This document shows positions 9,007-17,323 of a DNA stretch of 64,000 nucleotides, piece after piece. Every line of letters starts with the position of its first letter. Positions within the stretch are counted from its first letter, which is position 1. The position numbers were made by a program, and so were the translations under genes. The stretch lies in IMG/VR virus record IMGVR_UViG_3300009716_000001; one strand, written 5' to 3'. Source of the stretch: a virus. The notes beneath the pieces are model-generated. The model saw nothing but the letters and a program-made list of their open reading frames with translations, made no database searches and was not told the DNA's origin.

Positions 9007-9336
9007 ATGGAAGAAGAATACGTATATAAACCAGAAGAAATAATCTTTGCAGTCATGTCTGGAGATGACCATGACTTCAATGACATAGTAGTCTTTACTA
9101 CTAAAAAGTGTTGGCAAGAAACGCATGCTTGTTCAGATGAACTAGGTGGACATAACATGCCCGGCAAAACCTTACTTGAGTGTGGTGTAGAAGAAGTTGA
9201 AATGGCTGAAGCTCATTTTGAATTAACAGGTGAATTTGATTTAGAAACTGTAACAGCAAGACTTATTGGTGCAGGCTTTACGTTTGACTCTGAATTCAAC
9301 AAGTTCATTAATAACCCAGGTAATGCAGAAGACTAA
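9007..9336 (+). CDS. strongly acidic small protein (109 aa)
   Basis: Hand count gives about 25 Asp+Glu against about 6 Lys+Arg. No other motif. Confidence 0.5.
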   Translation: MEEEYVYKPEEIIFAVMSGDDHDFNDIVVFTTKKCWQETHACSDELGGHNMPGKTLLECGVEEVEMAEAHFELTGEFDLETVTARLIGAGFTFDSEFNKFINNPGNAED

Positions 9337-9926
9337 TGGAAAGAGAAATAGAATTAGCTGACAATCATTTCTTGCAGATTAAGCAAGAAGAAAGCCCAGA
9401 TGACCCGCGTAGTTGGGACAATCTAGGAATCATGGCTTGTTTTCACAGACGTTATTCTTTAGGTGATGACAACATCCCTTTTCACTCAGATGATTTTAAT
9501 AACTGGAGTGAAATGGAAGAGCACTTAAGAACGAACTTGAAAGCCGTGGTAATCCTTCCCCTGTATTTATATGACCATAGCGGTATCACAATGAACACCA
9601 CAGGTTTCTCCTGCAGGTGGGATTCTGGCCAAGTAGGTCTGATATATGTTACAGAGGAGAAAATCAAAGAAGAATACGGTGAGATTAATGAAGAGAATCT
9701 TGCAAAAGCAAAACGTGTTCTGGAAGGAGAAGTGAAAACTTATGATAGTTACCTGACCGGTGATATCTACTCTTTCAAATTAGTGAAAAAATCTACTTGT
9801 GACCATGGACATGTTCATGAAGAATTAGTAGATTCGTGTGGTGGCTTTTACGGAAGTGACCCCGACAAGAACGGTATGTGGGATCATATAGGGGAGCAGT
9901 ATCGTCCGATGCTGAAGACTGCATGA
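9336..9926 (+). CDS. conserved-looking hypothetical protein (196 aa)
   Basis: TAATG overlap with the upstream gene. The segment SPDDPRSWDNLGIMACFHRRYSLGDD looks like a recurrent phage motif, but I cannot name a family. Confidence 0.5.
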   Translation: MEREIELADNHFLQIKQEESPDDPRSWDNLGIMACFHRRYSLGDDNIPFHSDDFNNWSEMEEHLRTNLKAVVILPLYLYDHSGITMNTTGFSCRWDSGQVGLIYVTEEKIKEEYGEINEENLAKAKRVLEGEVKTYDSYLTGDIYSFKLVKKSTCDHGHVHEELVDSCGGFYGSDPDKNGMWDHIGEQYRPMLKTA

Positions 9927-10078
9927 TTCTGGGATGTGGCTGGTTCTACGAACTTAGAGTTCTCAGAGAGCCCACCTACGACCACCATATCAACTGTTGG
10001 GTTTATGATGTAAAGCTACAGAAAGCAGGTTTTAAACTGTTAGGAATTACAATTTACACCACAAAAACTATACAATGA
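9923..10078 (+). CDS. small hypothetical protein (51 aa from the ATG at 9923)
   Basis: ATGA start/stop overlaps at both ends (9923-9926 and 10075-10078) suggest translational coupling. The ORF-track start at 9878 would overlap the upstream gene by 49 nt. Confidence 0.4.
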   Translation: MILGCGWFYELRVLREPTYDHHINCWVYDVKLQKAGFKLLGITIYTTKTIQ

Positions 10079-10470
10079 AAGAACAATTAAAAGCAGTGGA
10101 AGAATTCCACAATGCATTTCTGGTAGAGAATGGAGATTCTCCCAGATTGCTAAGGGACAAAGAGTCGGAGCTCCGTTACAACCTCATGGATGAGGAAAAT
10201 AAAGAGTATATTGAAGCATGTCGAGATGCGGACCTGGTAGGTATTGCTGACGCCTTAGGCGACCAGTTATACATATTATGCGGGACAATTCTTAAACATG
10301 GGATGCAGCACAAGATTGAAGAAGTCTTTGCTGAGATTCAACGCAGTAATATGTCTAAGTTAGGTGAAGATGGTAAACCTGTCTTCAGAGAAGATGGAAA
10401 GATCCTGAAGGGACCGGGATATTTTAAACCTAATATTAAACCAATATTGTTGCCTCATGAAAACGTGTAA
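10075..10470 (+). CDS. MazG-like nucleoside triphosphate pyrophosphohydrolase
   Basis: LRYNLMDEENKEYIEA...IADALGDQLYILCG...EIQRSNMSKLGEDGKPVFREDGKILKGPGYFKPNIKPIL fits the EExxE...DAxxD...SNMSK...GK pattern of small MazG-like NTP-PPases. Confidence 0.65.
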   Translation: MKEQLKAVEEFHNAFLVENGDSPRLLRDKESELRYNLMDEENKEYIEACRDADLVGIADALGDQLYILCGTILKHGMQHKIEEVFAEIQRSNMSKLGEDGKPVFREDGKILKGPGYFKPNIKPILLPHENV

Positions 10471-10669
10471 ATGGAATAACAAAGACGTATTTGTCCATCA
10501 CATCGCCTATAGCTTGGTTGATGAAATTGACACACCTCCTGTAAAGTTTGTGCTTGTTGGTTTCAGTGCAGAAAGAATTAAACTATTCAAAGTTGACGTT
10601 GAAGAACTAGACTTGGATGGAAAAAAGCTAGAGACGTATCTGCTCGGACAAGTTGAGCGGAATGGTTAA
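10457..10669 (+). CDS. hypothetical small protein (70 aa), last gene of the + block
   Basis: ATG ORF overlapping the upstream gene by 14 nt, followed by the convergent terminator. Confidence 0.45.
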   Translation: MKTCKWNNKDVFVHHIAYSLVDEIDTPPVKFVLVGFSAERIKLFKVDVEELDLDGKKLETYLLGQVERNG

Positions 10670-10676
10670 TAGTAAA

Positions 10677-10708
10677 GGGAATCCTTCGGGGTTCCCTTTT
10701 TTTTTTTT
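10677..10708. terminator. bidirectional rho-independent terminator at the convergence point of the two blocks
   Basis: GGGAATCC (10677-10684), TTCG tetraloop, GGGTTCCC (10689-10696), 8 bp including one G-U. A T12 run follows (10697-10708). The stop of the - strand gene is at 10708-10710. Confidence 0.8.
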
Positions 10709-11391
10709 CACCAGTTGTTGAGTATGCTGAGTACATGGTGAATGTGGCGCATGGACTTGATAGTTGAATCAAAATCATGTTCAGCTCCATCCTTTCTGCA
10801 GCGATAAACATGGTGAGATTTTATCACCTTGCCTTTGGCAATCCCGTATTGGTATATCAGGAGAGACTTATCCCACTCGGGCATGTCCATTAAACATCTT
10901 CCTATAAACATATCTTCGGCACCATAATAACAAGCCGGTACACGAGTCCCGTAAAATTCAACCAGGAATTCGACCAGGTCACGGGAAAGAGCAATACCCT
11001 CACCCCACATAAATGGCCAATTACAATCCGGTGAAGGAGGTCCTTCGTAAGGTTGTCCACCGAAGTAATGTTCTCTGGGTTTATTCTGGAGGATTTTCAC
11101 CAGTTCGTGCTTGCAAACATACGTTGAGTTATCTGTCTTGAATAGATAATCCCATTCATATTCTAAACAGCGTCTCATAGCCTCGATTGCATGATTAAAC
11201 ATCAGATAATAATGTGTATTGGATCTGACGTACAAATCTTGTCCAAACCAACCTTCCTTGTGAGGGTCTGGAAAATAGAAAACAGTTTTAACCTGGGAGT
11301 GCGGAATAGCATCCCAGGTTTCTTTTTGCGTTTGGATTAGCTCCCTGTATCCATCTTTGTCTATGGACTGGACCAATACAAGAACCTTCAT
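10708..11391 (-). CDS. GT31/Fringe-like glycosyltransferase (227 aa) with degenerate DxD (D-N-S)
   Basis: YRELIQTQKETW resembles the RxxAIRxTW motif. WDYLFKTDNSTYV occupies the position of the K-x-DDD-x-[FY]-V motif. WGEGIALSRDLV resembles GGxGxxxSR, and AEDMFIGRCL resembles EDVxxGxCL. Confidence 0.55.
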   Translation of the reverse strand: MKVLVLVQSIDKDGYRELIQTQKETWDAIPHSQVKTVFYFPDPHKEGWFGQDLYVRSNTHYYLMFNHAIEAMRRCLEYEWDYLFKTDNSTYVCKHELVKILQNKPREHYFGGQPYEGPPSPDCNWPFMWGEGIALSRDLVEFLVEFYGTRVPACYYGAEDMFIGRCLMDMPEWDKSLLIYQYGIAKGKVIKSHHVYRCRKDGAEHDFDSTIKSMRHIHHVLSILNNW

Positions 11392-14300
11392 TAGCGTTTA
11401 ATATCTTGAGCTTTTTGGAAGTTTGTTATCTGCTGTGCAGGGTCAATGTTAGATGCATTCAATCCGAACATCTTGCCCATATGAGCCCATAACTTCAATC
11501 CGCCTTGGTCTTGCCAAGAGTATGGACCTACGCGTCGCTTATAGTACTGTCCACCTTTATCATCCCAGATATCAATCAAGTCAGAACCCATAGCCTCGTA
11601 AGAGTTAATAGTTGGACCCATCACAAGGGACTTCAGGTCAAGCAGCTGGCTGGCATTCTTGATACCTGGACCAGGTAAGAACTGTTCGTTCTCAGCACGT
11701 ACTTGCATCATCATGTTCATCGCATGTAATGAAAGGAATCCACCTGCATCAAAGTGTTCTCCTGGTTGATAATCACGAGTTCCTGGAATCTGTAAGAATG
11801 AAGAGCGCTCTCTAAGTTTAGCAAAACGTTCTTCATCGTCATCATCCCATCCCCATAATAAGCCAAGAAGTAATCCCATCATATAGATAGAACCAACTTC
11901 CGTAACTAATTTCATCCAAGCTTTTTTATCAGCTTTAGTCATGTTGTTGACATTGCGGGTGCGGAGTAAAGTAAGGAAAGATTTAGCTGCAGATACATAG
12001 TAACCCTCATCAATCTCCCCGTATCCAGGATTCCAACGTTTCTGACCAAAACGGTTCATTGCCATTGTGGTAAAGAATCTACGTAAGAAAGATACAAATC
12101 GGAAAGCCAAATAACGTTGTGCTTCTGGCTGATCAAATTTAGCATAGGCACCATTCAGTTTATTCATTACAGCATGGATACGAGTCTTGAATTTTTTAAA
12201 CTCTTCACCCACTTTCATGTTACCTTCTTCATCGTAAGTGATACCCCAAGTAGGGTCAACTCCAGCTTTCAATTGAATCTTACCGTTCTTGCCAATCTCC
12301 CACACATCCATATAGTCAACCATCTTGCCGTTCATTTCCACCTGTTGCTTGTACATCATACCTGCAAAGGTTTGCATACCCGCTTGAATCTCTACCCACT
12401 TACGGAAGTTAGTAAACCAACCTGTGCTGACAATATCTTTAGCCATTGTACGAGATACGGATGTACCGAACTTCTCATGAAATCGTCCCTGGATTGGGTC
12501 AAATATTTCTCCCAGTTGGTGTTCGAAACTCTTTTGACCTTTCGTATAGGCGTCACCAAAGCTGAGTTTCATCATGTATTTAGATGACCAAGCTTCACCT
12601 TTAGCTAGACTCGTCATTGTTACGTCATCTCCACCGGCAGCGTGAATCATTGCCTGGAACTTAGCGCCTAATGCATTCTTCATAGCAGAAGGGATGTTGA
12701 AAGCAAAGAAGGAGAATGAAGCACGACCAAACAACCCGCGTTGAATGTTCTGAATCATCTTTGAATCTTTACCAAAACCTGTGGTAGTTTCTCCACGAAA
12801 CTCTCTGTTGTAAAGGTTAGAGAATGCATTTCTACGTACATACTTTCCTTTCTTGTTCAGGTAAGTTGTAATACCAAAGTTCACAAAGTTGGACCTGTTG
12901 ATTTTGTCCATCTCTTTTAACTGCTGCTTAGGGTCTTCAAGAATATTCTTGATACCACTTGCAACCGGATTCATTTTCACCAGCTGTTTATGTTGTTCTG
13001 CACCGTATAGGTAACGGAACATACTGTGAATAATATCAGTAGAAGTACGGTTCAAGTCCAAGTTGAATAGTCCCTGGATTGGGATGTTCTCAATCTGATC
13101 GTCGAACGCATCTGCACGCACCAGTTGACTCTCTTGTTCCCAGTTAAAGTTGGTACCTGAGTCAGCTTTAGCTCCTTTAAAGAAATCTCGTATGCTGGCC
13201 AGGAGAGTTCGAATTGTACTTACCTTTTCTTTGGCGCCTTTGATACCCTTCGCCTGTAGCTTTTCTAGACCTTCCATCTCGAAACGCGGGAAGTCAAGAT
13301 ACAACTTACCACGTTTTCCAAGACCCTCCTGCGTTTTAAGCTGATGCTTTGTAACCAGTTCAAGGATTTTGAAAAGCTTGTTCTCCTGAGAACCCTCTGG
13401 AGCATTTTTTAACTTGAAGTACTCTTCATTATAGTAAGGTGAGCCTTGGATTTGTTTTGGTAACCATCCATTGTCACTACCACTGTTGTCACGGTGAACA
13501 CCTACAATAGGTCTTACAGCACCAAAGGTACCGTCCGCATTTTCAATTGAAGGGTCATAACCGGTATAGTATTCTTTCTTTACTACACGGCTGAAGTATT
13601 TAGTTGTAGGAACACCTGGAATGAATTCAGATGTACCATCCTCACGTTTGATTTCAGTAGTCTCATACATGTTCTCGTCATTAGGTTTAATGACATTCCA
13701 CACGTATAAGCGTTCGTATTTAGGAACCTTTACACCAGTCTCTTTATCAAAGATCATTTTCACGGTGTGGTTCTGGTCAAACCATTCTTTAAACTGAGCA
13801 TTTTGATTCAGGAGAGAAAGCACCTTTTCGTCATAAATCTTACCGACAGTGTTCACATCCAGTTCGGTTGTAGCCAACAATTTATAAACTTCAGGGTCAT
13901 TAATCTCATTCAGGAATTGATTAATGGCGTCAACATAATACTCAGTAGGTTCTTTTCTTTGTAGTTCGTTTAACTCAGCAAAGGCTCTGTTAAGAGAAGC
14001 ACGGTCAAACTTACTCAAACCTACGTCGTTTTGTTTATCTAGTAATGCAGTATAGTCACTCCATTCTGCGCTGGTTAATTTTGTTCCACCTTTTTTGGTA
14101 ACGGAGTACGCAATCAGACGGTCCATCTCAGCTGTAGTTAATCCGGAGAAGCCCGCCCATTTAGCTTTAGCATCTTCCATCTTTTGCTGAGCATCCTTTA
14201 CAATTTGTAAACGAGCACCAGGTATTTCATTTCCTACAGGTTGACCATCATCATCACGGTATCCGGAAACAACATCCAAGATTTCAACCCAGCTGTTACT

Positions 14301-17300
14301 GAAGTCAAGTTCATTAGCCTGTGTTGAAGGAAGCTTTGCTAGAATCTCTTTTATACGGGCCAATATTTCAGCACGACGTTCGTAGAATTCTGGTTTAATT
14401 TGAACACGAGTATTCAAGTTAATCCATTCCTTACGGTACGTTTCAAACATTGCTTCGTATTGGTCTTCCCATTCAGACGCCTCAGTTGGGTCAGTAGGTT
14501 TAGAACCAAGCAACTGGGTGATCTTCGCCTCAATCTCTTTTTCAAAGTTAAGTAAGGCATTCTCAAAAGCTCCCTCACGAGGTTTAAACTCGTAGAACTT
14601 TTTCATTTTCTCTTTGTACTCAGTCAAGCGTTCTGCAATGGCTAAGTCATTATTGATGTTATTACGTCCAGGAGCTTTCTCGATGAAGCTGTTTGATGTG
14701 TGTACTACACCTGCATCATCCACATAAGAGTTAGTCTTTTTTGTTCCATCGGCATAATACGATGAATGCAAGAACTTATACTTTTTCCACAGTAAACCTA
14801 ACTGCTCAGTGTTTTTTAATACATCAAACTCATCCATTGCTTTAGATTGAAGCAATCCGATTTCATCCAGAATCTTCTGACGTTCAAAGGCAGCCTGTTC
14901 GCCAAGTTCACCCTCAAGTAATTCTGAAGCTTCATAGTATTCGTCCACATATTTTTGGTGGAACCATTGCTTCATGTGCTTGTTCTTTTCTGCAATCTTT
15001 TTACGTAATGCATCTTTATCCTCTTCCATCCCGCTACGGTTGTAGTTATCTTGAAGAGTTTTTATATCATAGTTGAATTGGTCAATTGTAGCACGGTAGT
15101 TCTTGTTGGCATTCAATAATGTCCATACCTCTTTGGTAACAAACTTCTTTTGTTCCGGGTCAAAGTAACCAATGGTGTCTACAAAACCAATCTTCTTACC
15201 AAGGTCACCAATATTTGTAAAGGTAATACCTGCAGAATCTAGTAAAGGTTTTAATTCAGAAACGATATCGTTGTAACGTGCCTGAACACGAGACTCCATT
15301 TCAATCATGTTATTCTTGAAGTACTTCGCAAAGCCTCCAATTACAGGGTCAGTATTGTAAAGGTATCCTTCCAGGTAAGAGTTAGCCCAGTTAGCATCTT
15401 TACCCTCCCCGCGTAAGGCCGCTTCAATCTTAGTCTTAGTAACGTTGAATCCGTTTAAGGAAAGCTTTTTAAGATTTTCATGCTCACCCATTTCAGCACC
15501 ATTCAGTCTTTGACCACTGTCCAGCTTAGCATTTAATTCTCTCAAGCGAGTAACACCTTCCTCAGGCATACCGTGGAAATCAATGAAAGCTTTATCAATG
15601 ATTGACTTGTTAGCGCCTTGTTTCTTCAGTGTAGCTATTTGCTCATTGAATAATTTTTCTGCTTGCTCAGACATGTCTTTCCATTGGTCCCATAATACAT
15701 CAGTGATACCTGTGGTATTCATAGCATTTATGTGACGAGCGGAGTTCTCCATTGTTCCTTGAATACTGTTCAGTAATGTAGTCATAGGAGAACGAGGATC
15801 TGCACCGGCTTTTTGCATCATGTCTTTTGCCTCAGCAATATATTTTTGCCAGTAGTTTAATACATGGGAATAGTAATATGCTTTGTGAACCATATCTCGG
15901 TGATTCTCTTCTTCCTCCTGAGTAGTAGGAGTCTTTTGAGCCTCAGCCTGTAGTTTATTAAGATGAGCTTCCATCTTCTTCATCATCACTTCCAGACGAA
16001 GAATACTGGTAACTAAAGCAGTTCCTTCATTACGAGTACGGTCTACATCTTCAGCAAGCTCTTCCATTTTAGCCTGAAGTTGTTTAGCGTATTTAGCTAC
16101 ATTAGAACGCATCTCCTGTAAGTCACCACGGTTATAGTCATCCACAAATAACTCAAGCATCTCACGGTAGTTACGGTTCTTCATCAACATTTCAATTTGT
16201 TGAGCAGCTCCTTCGTACATCTTACGAGATAGGTCAGTTAAATGTTGTGCACCGGCCGTTTCTGTTGCGGCATTTAAGTCATCCAGGTATGCACTGAAGT
16301 CATCACTGTAAGCGACAACATCCTTATCAGAAACAGCATTAGTATCAATCTCAAACTGGTTACCTTTTACAAGCATCTCAGCTAGTTCATCCAAAGTTGT
16401 GTTACCATCTAATTTGGCTACGTCAACCTTTTTACCGAATGTCCCTCTTAAGATTTGCTTAATCGCATACAGGAGCTCATCAATGAACTTCTGGAATGGA
16501 CCCATCAGTTGTACGTTGTTTGATTTGATCACAGCGGCTACCGTTAAAGAGCGTACTAATATCTCTTCACCCACAATATTTTGATACTTAGCAGCTAGTT
16601 CAGCTGCACGTCTTGGGTCAGACTCCTGCTCAAATGCTTTAAGTAAATCCGCATACTCAGCTTGTACCTCTTCCAAAATTTTTGGAGCGGAGGCAATAGC
16701 CTTGTTAACTAGTTTTTGAAATAATGGAGGGTTTTGCTGTTGAATACTACGAATAAGCGGATGAGAAAACTCATGGAATGCTAATTGTGTATTAAGCTTA
16801 CTACCTACAAAGTAAACAGTATCCCCATAGAAGAATGCAGAACCTTTAGTTGCATTGTAGGGGTTCTCCGACTCTGCAGTAATACGGGCTGCTTCTTCAG
16901 GAGAAACAACCTGAAACCCAACTCCTAATTGCTCAGAAAGTTTGGTAGCTAGTTCTATACCACGAGTGTTACTATTTGAGGTAACGTCCAACTCAATCAA
17001 GTTAACATCGCTAGTCAAAGCCGCATTCCCGTACAGGGAGTTAGGGTCAGTGAACAAGGTTGTGTCATTTGATTTGCTCAGGATAATCTTTTCCTGTCTA
17101 TCCATCTCAGCTTGAATTGCTTCAGCTGACTTAGGTGTTGACCTTTTAGATAGCTTTTCTATAACAAGTTCAGGAGTAAGTACAGGGCGACCATCGATTT
17201 CCGCCTCCATAAATTCTCTCATTGCCTCAAGTTTACCTAACTCGGGATGCTGTTCTAAGGCATCCCATTGAGCTTTGATTTGAGGGTCGCTAAGATTTGG

Positions 17301-17312
17301 ACATATTTTCAT
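11391..17312 (-). CDS. giant virion cargo/ejection-type protein (1973 aa): N-terminal HExxH zincin module, C-terminal hydrophobic region
   Basis: HEFSH lies at aa 180-184 (16761-16775) and GEEILVRSL about 65 aa later. The middle is long, charged and helical-looking. The C-terminal third has several hydrophobic segments, including VGSIYMMGLLLGLLWGW (11847-11897) followed by DDDDEE. There is a 1-nt stop/start overlap with the next gene. Confidence 0.55.
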   Translation of the reverse strand: MKICPNLSDPQIKAQWDALEQHPELGKLEAMREFMEAEIDGRPVLTPELVIEKLSKRSTPKSAEAIQAEMDRQEKIILSKSNDTTLFTDPNSLYGNAALTSDVNLIELDVTSNSNTRGIELATKLSEQLGVGFQVVSPEEAARITAESENPYNATKGSAFFYGDTVYFVGSKLNTQLAFHEFSHPLIRSIQQQNPPLFQKLVNKAIASAPKILEEVQAEYADLLKAFEQESDPRRAAELAAKYQNIVGEEILVRSLTVAAVIKSNNVQLMGPFQKFIDELLYAIKQILRGTFGKKVDVAKLDGNTTLDELAEMLVKGNQFEIDTNAVSDKDVVAYSDDFSAYLDDLNAATETAGAQHLTDLSRKMYEGAAQQIEMLMKNRNYREMLELFVDDYNRGDLQEMRSNVAKYAKQLQAKMEELAEDVDRTRNEGTALVTSILRLEVMMKKMEAHLNKLQAEAQKTPTTQEEEENHRDMVHKAYYYSHVLNYWQKYIAEAKDMMQKAGADPRSPMTTLLNSIQGTMENSARHINAMNTTGITDVLWDQWKDMSEQAEKLFNEQIATLKKQGANKSIIDKAFIDFHGMPEEGVTRLRELNAKLDSGQRLNGAEMGEHENLKKLSLNGFNVTKTKIEAALRGEGKDANWANSYLEGYLYNTDPVIGGFAKYFKNNMIEMESRVQARYNDIVSELKPLLDSAGITFTNIGDLGKKIGFVDTIGYFDPEQKKFVTKEVWTLLNANKNYRATIDQFNYDIKTLQDNYNRSGMEEDKDALRKKIAEKNKHMKQWFHQKYVDEYYEASELLEGELGEQAAFERQKILDEIGLLQSKAMDEFDVLKNTEQLGLLWKKYKFLHSSYYADGTKKTNSYVDDAGVVHTSNSFIEKAPGRNNINNDLAIAERLTEYKEKMKKFYEFKPREGAFENALLNFEKEIEAKITQLLGSKPTDPTEASEWEDQYEAMFETYRKEWINLNTRVQIKPEFYERRAEILARIKEILAKLPSTQANELDFSNSWVEILDVVSGYRDDDGQPVGNEIPGARLQIVKDAQQKMEDAKAKWAGFSGLTTAEMDRLIAYSVTKKGGTKLTSAEWSDYTALLDKQNDVGLSKFDRASLNRAFAELNELQRKEPTEYYVDAINQFLNEINDPEVYKLLATTELDVNTVGKIYDEKVLSLLNQNAQFKEWFDQNHTVKMIFDKETGVKVPKYERLYVWNVIKPNDENMYETTEIKREDGTSEFIPGVPTTKYFSRVVKKEYYTGYDPSIENADGTFGAVRPIVGVHRDNSGSDNGWLPKQIQGSPYYNEEYFKLKNAPEGSQENKLFKILELVTKHQLKTQEGLGKRGKLYLDFPRFEMEGLEKLQAKGIKGAKEKVSTIRTLLASIRDFFKGAKADSGTNFNWEQESQLVRADAFDDQIENIPIQGLFNLDLNRTSTDIIHSMFRYLYGAEQHKQLVKMNPVASGIKNILEDPKQQLKEMDKINRSNFVNFGITTYLNKKGKYVRRNAFSNLYNREFRGETTTGFGKDSKMIQNIQRGLFGRASFSFFAFNIPSAMKNALGAKFQAMIHAAGGDDVTMTSLAKGEAWSSKYMMKLSFGDAYTKGQKSFEHQLGEIFDPIQGRFHEKFGTSVSRTMAKDIVSTGWFTNFRKWVEIQAGMQTFAGMMYKQQVEMNGKMVDYMDVWEIGKNGKIQLKAGVDPTWGITYDEEGNMKVGEEFKKFKTRIHAVMNKLNGAYAKFDQPEAQRYLAFRFVSFLRRFFTTMAMNRFGQKRWNPGYGEIDEGYYVSAAKSFLTLLRTRNVNNMTKADKKAWMKLVTEVGSIYMMGLLLGLLWGWDDDDEERFAKLRERSSFLQIPGTRDYQPGEHFDAGGFLSLHAMNMMMQVRAENEQFLPGPGIKNASQLLDLKSLVMGPTINSYEAMGSDLIDIWDDKGGQYYKRRVGPYSWQDQGGLKLWAHMGKMFGLNASNIDPAQQITNFQKAQDIKR

Positions 17313-17323
17313 CTTTATACTAA

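Noticed and set aside
12117-12587. 156-aa + strand ORF inside the 1973-aa gene. Similar antisense ORFs occur at 13150-13344, 18336-18629, 27905-28282, 40416-40679, 45521-45856 and 61844-62368.
   Set aside because: All lie entirely inside much longer opposite-strand ORFs with coherent protein-like sequence. Their translations are low-complexity or hydrophobic junk typical of shadow frames. None has its own start context or intergenic space.
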